64,000 bases of DNA from a virus (lineage: Duplodnaviria > Caudoviricetes): IMG/VR virus record IMGVR_UViG_3300022555_000031, positions 1 through 64,000 of that record; one strand, 5' to 3'. The position numbers and the translations under genes were made by a program. The notes under the pieces were generated by a model. That model was not told where the DNA came from. It was given only the letters and a program-made list of their open reading frames with translations, and ran no database searches. Shown here in pieces: positions 25,254 through 33,125 of the stretch (its first letter is position 1; each line of letters begins with the position of its first letter).

Positions 25254-26108
25254 ATGATACCAGAAGTTAATCCAGTTAAAAGATATTACGGCTTAAAAAA
25301 GCAAAAGGTAGATGCACGGGATTACATATACAAAGCACCGATGGCGGTCGTAGTTGCACTGCCGAAGAAAGTCAGCCTGACGCTCTACGATTCCCCTATA
25401 GAGAACCAGGGTGGGCTTGGAGCTTGCACAGCCTTTGCAACCTGCGGGGCCATGCAGTTGCTCGAGATTAAACAAGGGGCTCCAGGGTTCAAACTACTCG
25501 CCTTCATTGAACTCGGTTTTATGAAAGTCGCACGGGCCGTCCTGAACTTCTTCCGCATAATCAATTGGTATGCGGGTAACCTGAGCAAGTTATTCGTTTA
25601 CTACAATGCACGGGCGATAGAAGGCACAGCGGACTCAGACAGCGGGGCAGAGCTCCGTGACGTCATTAAAGGGGTAGTAACCTACGGAGCGTGTAATGAA
25701 CAGGACTGGTGGTATAACGAACCTGCTGTCACGCTTCAGCCATCACTGGTGGCCTATTCTGATGCCAAGAAAAATATCCTAAAGGAATACAGGGCACTTG
25801 AGACTCTTGACGATATGAGGGGTTGCTTGGCCGACGGTTCACCCTTCGTGTTTGGTTTCATCGTCTACAACTCGTTTGAGTTTGGCTCAATCAACCAGAC
25901 TGGTATAGTTGAGATGCCGAAGGACGGTGAGGCAATAATAGCCTCGCATGGTGTATGCTGTGTGGGTTATGACGATAACAAGAAACTATTTAAGTGCAGG
26001 AACTCGTGGGGAAATAAGTGGGGCAAGGGCGGTTATTTTTATATGCCTTACGACTATATTACAAAATACGGCTTCGATTTCTGGATGCTGAAAATGGAGG
26101 GAAAATGA
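25254..26108 (+). CDS. papain-family (C1A) cysteine peptidase
   Basis: NQGGLGACTAF (Gln/Cys), SKLFVYYNAR, HGVCCVGYDD (His), RNSWG..WG..GYF (Asn). Confidence 0.92.
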   Translation: MIPEVNPVKRYYGLKKQKVDARDYIYKAPMAVVVALPKKVSLTLYDSPIENQGGLGACTAFATCGAMQLLEIKQGAPGFKLLAFIELGFMKVARAVLNFFRIINWYAGNLSKLFVYYNARAIEGTADSDSGAELRDVIKGVVTYGACNEQDWWYNEPAVTLQPSLVAYSDAKKNILKEYRALETLDDMRGCLADGSPFVFGFIVYNSFEFGSINQTGIVEMPKDGEAIIASHGVCCVGYDDNKKLFKCRNSWGNKWGKGGYFYMPYDYITKYGFDFWMLKMEGK

Positions 26109-26389
26109 GTAACGATAATTTGGGTTCGGGATTGGAATGGTTGGAGGAGCACGCAGAGCTCAAGGTGGCGGATTTATTGCCCTGTCCTTTTTGCGGGGAG
26201 GACACCTATAAGAGCATAGAACATACGCACAACGCTTATTGGTGGGCGAAGTGTGAGCAGTGCGGTGCCCAGGTGGATTCGGATTACAATCCAAGGTACA
26301 GCAATTCTCGCAGTGCGAACGTGAAGTCGATAGACAGGGCGATTGAGATGTGGAATACAAGGAACGGAGTTAAATCCAAACGCAAATAA
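26105..26389 (+). CDS. Lar-family (restriction alleviation-like) Zn-ribbon protein
   Basis: LLPCPFCGE...KCEQCGA...AIEMWNTR; ATGA coupling (start revised from 26018). Confidence 0.75.
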   Translation: MSNDNLGSGLEWLEEHAELKVADLLPCPFCGEDTYKSIEHTHNAYWWAKCEQCGAQVDSDYNPRYSNSRSANVKSIDRAIEMWNTRNGVKSKRK

Positions 26390-26402
26390 CAAAGGAGGCC
26401 AT

Positions 26403-26732
26403 ATGGCTTACAAGGGAGTTCTACAGTTTCAGAATCCAGTATTCAACAAAGGTGTCAACACGACCGTCAGGAACGGACTAAAGTGGTCTGGCCTGAGACC
26501 AGGGGATACGGTTGAGGTCAGGAGGCCCCCGACACCAGTAGACGACGCATGGTTTACGGGAACGATATCCAAGGTGACGATACTGAAGTTTAAGGATATC
26601 GACAACAGCCTACTGAAGAAGGAGCACGACCCAGCCTGCAGGAACACAAAGGGCCTGCTCAAGGTGATGAAGCAGGTCTACGCTGGCTTCACGAAGGATA
26701 ACGTGGTAGTGGTTATAGACTTCACGGTTTAA
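26403..26732 (+). CDS. ASCH/PUA-like domain protein
   Basis: NTTVRNG.KW..L.PGD.V, F.DI....L..EHDP, L...YAGF pattern; SD AGGAGG. Confidence 0.6.
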   Translation: MAYKGVLQFQNPVFNKGVNTTVRNGLKWSGLRPGDTVEVRRPPTPVDDAWFTGTISKVTILKFKDIDNSLLKKEHDPACRNTKGLLKVMKQVYAGFTKDNVVVVIDFTV

Positions 26733-26741
26733 GGGGTAAGG

Positions 26742-26951
26742 ATGTTCTGTAAATGTGGCAGACAATATGAGACCTCGGCTATAACCTCAGCCCAACTCAC
26801 CTATGATGGCAATGGGGAGTTGATATACGAGGTCTGCCAACACGGCCAGGTTGTCGTAGATAAAAGGCCGTGGACGAAAGAGATGTCGGAAGAGAAATCG
26901 AGACAGGCGGATAAGTGGGAGCGTAGGGGTAGAAAGGAGGGGTGGATATGA
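26742..26951 (+). CDS. hypothetical Zn-binding protein
   Basis: CKCG...CQHG. Confidence 0.65.
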   Translation: MFCKCGRQYETSAITSAQLTYDGNGELIYEVCQHGQVVVDKRPWTKEMSEEKSRQADKWERRGRKEGWI

Positions 26952-27421
26952 GCGAGAAAACTTGTGAGAATTGTGGGGCAGATAAGAGCAAGGAAGTCTG
27001 CACTGATTGTGGCATGGATGTATCGAACGGCCCAGAGCCGATGTATATTCTTACCCGATGGGAACCAAAGGGAGATTACCACGCAAAGCAGATGGCCACG
27101 ATAGAAATGTTCATGGATGATTTAACCACGGTGAACAGGATGGAACTTTTGTCTTTGATAAATAGGGCAGAGGTTGAGGGTGAGCGGAAGGCCAAGGAGA
27201 AGGCGTCTGTGGATTATATGGCCAAGAGCGAGCAATGGCACGCCGACGGTTGGGCTGATTATAGGGAGATGGTTAGGGGTGTAATTGAATTGATGAAGGA
27301 AGAGACCGTGTCATATGGAAGCATGGAACATCCACCACATGGTGTGTTGGGTGAACATAAATTGGCACACTGGAATAATAGTGTGTTGGATGAATTATTA
27401 CGCAGGCTGGAGGGGAAATGA
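26948..27421 (+). CDS. hypothetical protein
   Basis: N-terminal CENC...CTDC; ATGA coupling. Confidence 0.7.
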   Translation: MSEKTCENCGADKSKEVCTDCGMDVSNGPEPMYILTRWEPKGDYHAKQMATIEMFMDDLTTVNRMELLSLINRAEVEGERKAKEKASVDYMAKSEQWHADGWADYREMVRGVIELMKEETVSYGSMEHPPHGVLGEHKLAHWNNSVLDELLRRLEGK

Positions 27422-27717
27422 CCGACGAAGAGTTCAGTAAGAAGCGAGCGGAACTGATAGACTGGATAATGCAGAGGATAGATGACTCAGCATTCTGGTA
27501 TGGCGGAGCTGTTAACAAGGCGAACGAGTTGGTGGACCTGGCATATAGGCAGGGTTGGGAGAAGATGAAAGCAAAGGTAATTGAGGCGATAGACTTGTGC
27601 CCACTGGACCTGGTGGAAGAAGGGATGACAACGGAAGGTGACAGTAAAAAAATCGTTCATGCGGTAAGGGTGGATGATTTGAAATCGGCGATAGGGAAAA
27701 TACAGGAGGGGCTATGA
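27418..27717 (+). CDS. hypothetical protein
   Basis: 99 aa; ATGA coupling. Confidence 0.7.
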   Translation: MTDEEFSKKRAELIDWIMQRIDDSAFWYGGAVNKANELVDLAYRQGWEKMKAKVIEAIDLCPLDLVEEGMTTEGDSKKIVHAVRVDDLKSAIGKIQEGL

Positions 27718-27908
27718 AGCTAACGATATACCAGGACGATGATGAGTGTAAGGATTTGATTGAGGAGTATGGTATAAGGAAAGTGAAGCGAGCAATCGAG
27801 AACAAGATATACGATGTCATAGGGAGAACAAAGTACGAGTGGGACATGGATGCTTATATTAAGAATGCAATAAAACGAGACGCAACAAAAGGAGGAACAA
27901 ATGAGTGA
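27714..27908 (+). CDS. hypothetical protein
   Basis: 64 aa; ATGA coupling. Confidence 0.65.
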   Translation: MKLTIYQDDDECKDLIEEYGIRKVKRAIENKIYDVIGRTKYEWDMDAYIKNAIKRDATKGGTNE

Positions 27909-28671
27909 ATGTATGGGAACAGACGATTGCACGTGTCTAAAGTGTGCTACGTACAAGCAAGGTTATGAAGCGGGGTATGTGAAGGGTAAGATTGATGGGC
28001 AGAAAGGGGTTGAGCGTAATTTCACGGTAAGTGCGAAGGCGGTGCCCAATGTGGGGATGGATGGCCAGGTGTATGATTATCCGTTTTCGTGCAACGTTTG
28101 TATTAACGGTGTAACCAGCGGGGCGATTGGTTGCCGAACCGAAGCCCAGGCCCAATTCATTGCCGACAAAATCAATGCCGATACAGACAAGTTAAAGGCG
28201 GAGATTGACCAACTGAGGGTCCAGCTTGCTGGCTGTGGCGTAGCGTCATTGGGATATGCGACAGGGAACAACGACTGCAAGAAAGGCGACTACGGGTGGT
28301 CGGCGTCGTTTCGGGACTGCAAGGGCCTATGGGAGAAGTACACGGCGTTAAAAGCAGACATGGATACATTGATAGACATTACGGTAAGAACGTTGACCAA
28401 TGTAGTGAAGGGACTTGAGGCAAATGAAGGGAGAGTGGCAGAGTCCTACCAGGAGGGGTTGAAGGATGGCAAAGAACTACTCTCTGGTCCAACACGTGTC
28501 AAAGCGTTTAACACTGGAAGGGAGAAGGGGGTAATGGATGAGCGTGACAGGATATGGGGTGCGATTGACAAGCACGAAGGGTTGGCAAACTCCCTGGACC
28601 GTCTGGGTAGGGAGTGGTTGAAGGAGATAATTTTGGTAAGCAATGAGCCAGGGGTTAAGCGTGGAGCATAG
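27901..28671 (+). CDS. hypothetical phage protein
   Basis: 256 aa; contains LRVQLAGCGVAS.G segment typical of phage ORFans. Confidence 0.75.
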   Translation: MSECMGTDDCTCLKCATYKQGYEAGYVKGKIDGQKGVERNFTVSAKAVPNVGMDGQVYDYPFSCNVCINGVTSGAIGCRTEAQAQFIADKINADTDKLKAEIDQLRVQLAGCGVASLGYATGNNDCKKGDYGWSASFRDCKGLWEKYTALKADMDTLIDITVRTLTNVVKGLEANEGRVAESYQEGLKDGKELLSGPTRVKAFNTGREKGVMDERDRIWGAIDKHEGLANSLDRLGREWLKEIILVSNEPGVKRGA

Positions 28672-28860
28672 GGGGTTTATGTGTACCAAGACGCCCTTGA
28701 TGATACCGACCCACAGCAAGAGTTGGACGAGGCGTGGGGCACGGAGTTCGTGTAGCACGTTTCACATTTGATACAAGTTTGTATGGTATGTGAAAAGCCA
28801 ACTTGTAAGGAAAGTAGATAAGTTGCCTATACGATGGAAGTATGGGATTATAGCAGATTA

Positions 28861-28879
28861 TATACGATAGTATCGTATA
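28861..28879. repeat. perfect 9-1-9 palindrome
   Basis: TATACGATA-G-TATCGTATA; extra half-site TATACGAT at 28828. Confidence 0.8.
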
Positions 28880-28930
28880 GGGTGAAATCTGATAATAATC
28901 AAAAATGATTACTTAGAGGAATGGGAGGAG

Positions 28931-29752
28931 TTGATGGCTGTGGCGAAGGGAGAGGTATATTTTGATTTGATAGGAAAGGTTGGGTATGCGAGCCACATGA
29001 AGAGGCTTAATTTATCGTTCCTGGAAACTGTTATTTTGGTTGGGATGTTGGAGCAATATGGGTTTCATGCGGACTGGTTGGCGATTGATGCTATACGCAA
29101 CAAGATTAAGCAATTGGCTGGCCAAAAGAATGGCAAGAGCGTGAACAGGGTGGCGATTAGAAGTTTAAGGCAAAGTGTCAGGGTCTATGAGGTGGGATTG
29201 AGGTATTTTTTCAGTCCCATTTGTTCGGATGCGTTAAACCTGAGTTACTATATCGACAGTGAGTCTACGGATTTTTGGGGTTTTAATTTGCAAGAAATAG
29301 TTAATGGTCTGGTTAGAAAGGGAATGTGTAGGATTAACAATGATGGTTGTATCAAAATACCAAAATCTGTTTGCCGTAAATATTTAGAAGCATATGGGTG
29401 TGCATCTGATGAAGACACGGATTTATCTGCGAGCGAGAAGATGGAGAAGGATTCAAGGCAGTTTGTTTATGTTGTTGAAAAATCTGGTATGCACAAGATT
29501 GGCAGGTCCCGTAACGTAAGGGATAGGGTAATGGCTCTTCAGATTGGTATGCCTGGGGAAATTAAAATAATAAAATCTTTTCGAGTCAGGGATGCGGTTG
29601 GCGTTGAGGGCCATTTACATCGGGTATACAAACATAAGTGTGTGACTGGCGAGTGGTTTAACCTGGATAGTAAGGATGTGTCGGAGATTGACCAACACGT
29701 TGAGAGTGTTGATGCTGAGGCGGTGTGTGTGCCTTTTGGTGGTGAGGAGTAA
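28931..29752 (+). CDS. GIY-YIG-like T5orf172/MUG113-domain protein
   Basis: FVYVVE...HKIGRS.NV..R...LQ.G.P...E..LH......GEWF. Confidence 0.85.
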   Translation: MMAVAKGEVYFDLIGKVGYASHMKRLNLSFLETVILVGMLEQYGFHADWLAIDAIRNKIKQLAGQKNGKSVNRVAIRSLRQSVRVYEVGLRYFFSPICSDALNLSYYIDSESTDFWGFNLQEIVNGLVRKGMCRINNDGCIKIPKSVCRKYLEAYGCASDEDTDLSASEKMEKDSRQFVYVVEKSGMHKIGRSRNVRDRVMALQIGMPGEIKIIKSFRVRDAVGVEGHLHRVYKHKCVTGEWFNLDSKDVSEIDQHVESVDAEAVCVPFGGEE

Positions 29753-29817
29753 GGCTACTGTATTTACGCAGAATGTGACATAAGAGGTTACATTCTACAT
29801 AATGGAGGGAGGGAAAA

Positions 29818-30018
29818 ATGGGAAGCAAACTTGGACCAAGACCGTTGGAAGATATAATGCTGGAGGCAGAAGCAAATGAGTGCTTAAAGGCCGATGGGTT
29901 TGATGACCGCGTCCTGGGGATATGCTATTAATTCGGAGAACAACCGAAGCTGGCGTATAACTACAGGAAGGTTCTAACTGCTTATGAAAATCCAACAAAA
30001 TCAAAAGAAATCGGTTAA
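29818..30018 (+). pseudogene. conserved small phage gene with premature TAA (29929), truncated at the methylase cassette
   Basis: ...LKADGFDDRVLGICY*FGEQPKLAYNYRKVL: ADGFD..I.G...Y...K family pattern continues through the stop; SD GGAGGG. Confidence 0.6.
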
Positions 30019-30065
30019 AATCACTTGCTTTTTAACTAGAATGTAGTATATTTAAGGAGTGAAAT

Positions 30066-30245
30066 ATGAAAGTCATAAAGGTAACGAAAGAGTATTTCGA
30101 AACAGAGGACGAGAAGGTTTATTTCTTCGAGCCTTTGGAAAAAGAAATATCCGTTGAGGATATGCAGAAGATTGTGGACGCAAACGAGAAATTAGTTAAG
30201 GAGTTGAAATTATGTGGGGATACTACGGAAGCAAGTCAAAAATAG
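30066..30245 (+). CDS. small acidic ORF (59 aa) leading the methylase cassette
   Basis: MKVIKVTKEYFETEDEKVYFFEPLEKEISVEDMQKIV...; SD AAGGAG; overlaps MTase start. Confidence 0.6.
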   Translation: MKVIKVTKEYFETEDEKVYFFEPLEKEISVEDMQKIVDANEKLVKELKLCGDTTEASQK

Positions 30246-30892
30246 TCAAGTATTACCCTGCTCCCAAGTATGGCACTATTATTGAGCCATTTGCAGGAAC
30301 AGCACAATACGCTTTAATGTATTGGGACAGGGATGTAATCCTAATAGAAAAGTATGATGTTATATGCAACTTGTGGAAATGGCTTCAAAAATGCTCTAAA
30401 GCCGACATTCTATCTATTCGTCAGTTGAAATGTGGGGAAAACACAGATGACTTTAAGTGGGATTGCCAAGAGCAGAAAGATTTGGTGGGATTTATCATTA
30501 CTGGTGCTCCATCCACGCCAAAAAAGACAGCCTCTCGATGGAAAACAGTTGTTAGACCGAATACTCAACAATTTAGATTAGAGTCAATCGCAAACAACTT
30601 GGAGAAAATACGACATTGGAAAGTCATTTGTGGTGACTACGAGAAAGAATCCCCCAGTATTGAAGCAACTTGGTTTGTTGACCCACCTTATGTTGTCGGT
30701 GGCAAGTATTACAAATACGGGTGCAATGCCATTGATTATCAACATCTCGGAGATTGGTGCAAACAACTAAGAGGACAAGTAATAGTATGCGAAGCGGAAG
30801 GACAAAAGTGGCTTCCGTTTGAGCCTCTTGTTTCATCCAGAGGGAACAAATACCAACATAAAGAGGCTATTTGGACAAATGAAAATCTATAA
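30212..30892 (+). CDS. Dam/D12-class DNA adenine methyltransferase
   Basis: YYGSK, IEPFAGTA (motif I) and FVDPPY (motif IV). Confidence 0.88.
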   Translation: MWGYYGSKSKIVKYYPAPKYGTIIEPFAGTAQYALMYWDRDVILIEKYDVICNLWKWLQKCSKADILSIRQLKCGENTDDFKWDCQEQKDLVGFIITGAPSTPKKTASRWKTVVRPNTQQFRLESIANNLEKIRHWKVICGDYEKESPSIEATWFVDPPYVVGGKYYKYGCNAIDYQHLGDWCKQLRGQVIVCEAEGQKWLPFEPLVSSRGNKYQHKEAIWTNENL

Positions 30893-30957
30893 AATCACAG
30901 CTGTCGGAGAGGGGACGCCAGTGTTTGTGGAAGTCGGAACTCCCGAGAGGAGGAAGG

Positions 30958-31167
30958 GTGGCAAGAAAAGAAACAGTTAAGTTAATTGTTGTGGTGTGGA
31001 AGATAGGTGACAGCCTGGCAATGCTGGAGACATTTGCGGACCCATGCAAGGCGAACAGCAGGAAGGAAGAGTTGATAGCGAGGGCAGTGATGATGGGGGA
31101 GTGCCATGATGTAAGGCTCTCAAGCCTGGAGTATGAGCTGGATACAACCCCGAGGTCGCAGTGGTAG
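30958..31167 (+). CDS. hypothetical protein (start revised)
   Basis: GTG 30958 after GAGGAGG. Confidence 0.55.
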   Translation: MARKETVKLIVVVWKIGDSLAMLETFADPCKANSRKEELIARAVMMGECHDVRLSSLEYELDTTPRSQW

Positions 31168-31205
31168 GTGGATACTTTTTATGTCTAAATAGTTCTTGTT
31201 GAATA

Positions 31206-31234
31206 TTGACAAGAAGGAGCGATAGTAATATAAT
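31206..31234 (+). promoter_or_regulatory. consensus sigma70 promoter of packaging/late block
   Basis: TTGACA-N17-TATAAT. Confidence 0.85.
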
Positions 31235-31290
31235 ATAGGCGGGTTCACGGGAGAATCACTGGAATGAGAGCCAGCCGAGTAGTATACTTT

Positions 31291-31337
31291 GGAACTGATT
31301 CGTGACATAACAGTCACGAGTCGGTTCCTTTTTGTTT
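31291..31337 (+). terminator. intrinsic terminator/attenuator in leader of the terminase operon
   Basis: 16-bp stem GGAACTGATTCGTGAC-ATAACA-GTCACGAGTCGGTTCC (2 G-U) followed by TTTTTGTTT. Confidence 0.85.
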
Positions 31338-31349
31338 ATAAGGAGTGGG

Positions 31350-33125
31350 ATGAACTGGACGCCAAGAGACATAGAGAGATTGAAGCAGGTTTACCCAACG
31401 TCCCAGCCAGAGACGTTGGTTAAGTATTTCAAGACTACCCCAAAGGAGATAGTGGAAGAAGCTATCTCGCTGGGATTGGAAAGGAGCATGGAGAAAGCTA
31501 TAAAGTATTGCCAGGTAGCGGTAACAAGTAAGAGATGGTTGAATCAGTACAGAGGGTTTCCCGTCAGAGCGATACCGTCGATATCAGGGATAGCAGTAGG
31601 TTACGACCTGATAGTAAACGGAAGTATAGTAGCGTATAACCTGCCCATAGAAGAGATAGTTCCCCCTGAACAGGCTGTCGTCATTCCCGTGAACCAGCCT
31701 AACCTCACGCCAGAACAACGGTCCGAAATAATGGAGAACGCCGTGAGGCCACCAGTAGGGTTCAATGGGGAACATCTCTGGGCAGATAAACCAAAAGAAA
31801 TCCCCACGAGGGAAGCCATAACCCCTCCTATTAGGGTTGACCGCCAGGGGCCGTCTACCACGAACGGAGGGGATGTGACTTCTAAATGGGGTAATGAACC
31901 ATTGGAAGGGGGTAATAGCCAAGCCGTTACCCCATTAGATACCAATACAAGTATCCCAGTAGTTGACACCCAGGAAACACCCAGAAAACACCCAGAAAAC
32001 TACCCAGAAAACTACCCAGAAAACTACCCAGAAAACTACCCAGAAGGGAATGCTGATATTAAGCAGGTTCCAGATGCTGGGAACGGCATACCAAAGGGTG
32101 TTCAGTATGCCGATAAGAAGGTCAGTATACCAATCGTAGAAGACCCTACGATGCTCAAGGAACCGCCCAAGGGACCGCAAGCAGAACAGGTGATAGAGAC
32201 CCTATCCCCTGCTGTAAAAGCGGTCCTAAAGGCAAAGGAAGAGGGTAAAACAGCCAAGGGGAAGGCCCCTGCAAAGAAGCAAATACCAGCCGAATCAACC
32301 CCCACCCCCACAGAAGCCCCAAAAGCTCAGGGGGATGACAAGGGGAAACCCGAGCCTGTAGTGAACAATCCAGAACCCAAGTCAGTGGCCCCTGAAAAAG
32401 AACAGTCGGAAAAACCGACTGTTAATTCGCAAGCAGATACAAAGGTGGTTGGGGGTAAGGTTGAGGCTGGGGGGAAAAAGCCCCAACGTGGTGAATGGAC
32501 GCCCATGGAGATAGATTACATCACAAGGGCTTATCCGCTCAATCCAGTGAAGGAGATTGCAAAGAAGTTGAAAAGGAGCGAGAAGGCGGTGAAGAGGAAA
32601 TCAGAGATGCTTGGGTTAAAGAAAGCAGAGAACCCAATGATTAACCTGGCACAGAATCCTGAGGTAGCGGATACTGTAGCGGAGTTGCAGAAGACTTTGG
32701 AGAAGCATTTGAAGGGAGAGGCCAGGGAAGAGTTGATGGCGGTCCTTGGGAGTTCATTGGACAAGCCGAAGGTGGCGGAGTTTATGTATAAGACTGGCCT
32801 GAAGAGGTGGGTGGCTTTGATAACTTATGAGGCCGAGCACGGAAGGTTTATCACGGAGAGTATGGTAACGTTCAATGCGATAATGAATTCGCTGAATAAG
32901 ACATTGGCCCTGGAAGCTGGATTACCAGAGGGCTCGGTTGTTAATATGGTTCAGTTTAAGACTATGCAGGCTGACGCTATGAGAGGCGTAATGAAGTGGA
33001 TGACGAAGGAAGAAAGGGAACAGCATATCAAGAATCTGAAGTCGGCTGATTCCAGGAGAAGGGTGTCGTTAAGGGAAGGGGTGATTGATATTCCGAGCCA
33101 GGGAGCCATAGATGATGGAGAATGA
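31350..33125 (+). CDS. probable terminase small subunit / DNA-binding protein with two Myb-like HTH repeats and long Pro/Glu-rich linker
   Basis: Immediately upstream of and overlapping terL; WTPRDIERLKQVYP and WTPMEIDYITRAYP repeats; ATG 31350 after AGGAG. Confidence 0.55.
   Translation: MNWTPRDIERLKQVYPTSQPETLVKYFKTTPKEIVEEAISLGLERSMEKAIKYCQVAVTSKRWLNQYRGFPVRAIPSISGIAVGYDLIVNGSIVAYNLPIEEIVPPEQAVVIPVNQPNLTPEQRSEIMENAVRPPVGFNGEHLWADKPKEIPTREAITPPIRVDRQGPSTTNGGDVTSKWGNEPLEGGNSQAVTPLDTNTSIPVVDTQETPRKHPENYPENYPENYPENYPEGNADIKQVPDAGNGIPKGVQYADKKVSIPIVEDPTMLKEPPKGPQAEQVIETLSPAVKAVLKAKEEGKTAKGKAPAKKQIPAESTPTPTEAPKAQGDDKGKPEPVVNNPEPKSVAPEKEQSEKPTVNSQADTKVVGGKVEAGGKKPQRGEWTPMEIDYITRAYPLNPVKEIAKKLKRSEKAVKRKSEMLGLKKAENPMINLAQNPEVADTVAELQKTLEKHLKGEAREELMAVLGSSLDKPKVAEFMYKTGLKRWVALITYEAEHGRFITESMVTFNAIMNSLNKTLALEAGLPEGSVVNMVQFKTMQADAMRGVMKWMTKEEREQHIKNLKSADSRRRVSLREGVIDIPSQGAIDDGE
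31979..32045 (+). repeat. in-frame 12-bp tandem repeat encoding (YPEN)n
   Basis: Four perfect ACCCAGAAAACT units 31990-32037 plus partial flanking units. Confidence 0.9.

Noticed and set aside
28672-28755. 27-codon in-frame extension after the TAG of ORF 27901-28671
   Set aside because: Too short to distinguish from chance or an independent tiny ORF; no motif support.
31979-32045. 12-bp repeats as iterons or CRISPR
   Set aside because: Head-to-tail with no spacers and in frame inside a CDS; treated as a coding VNTR.
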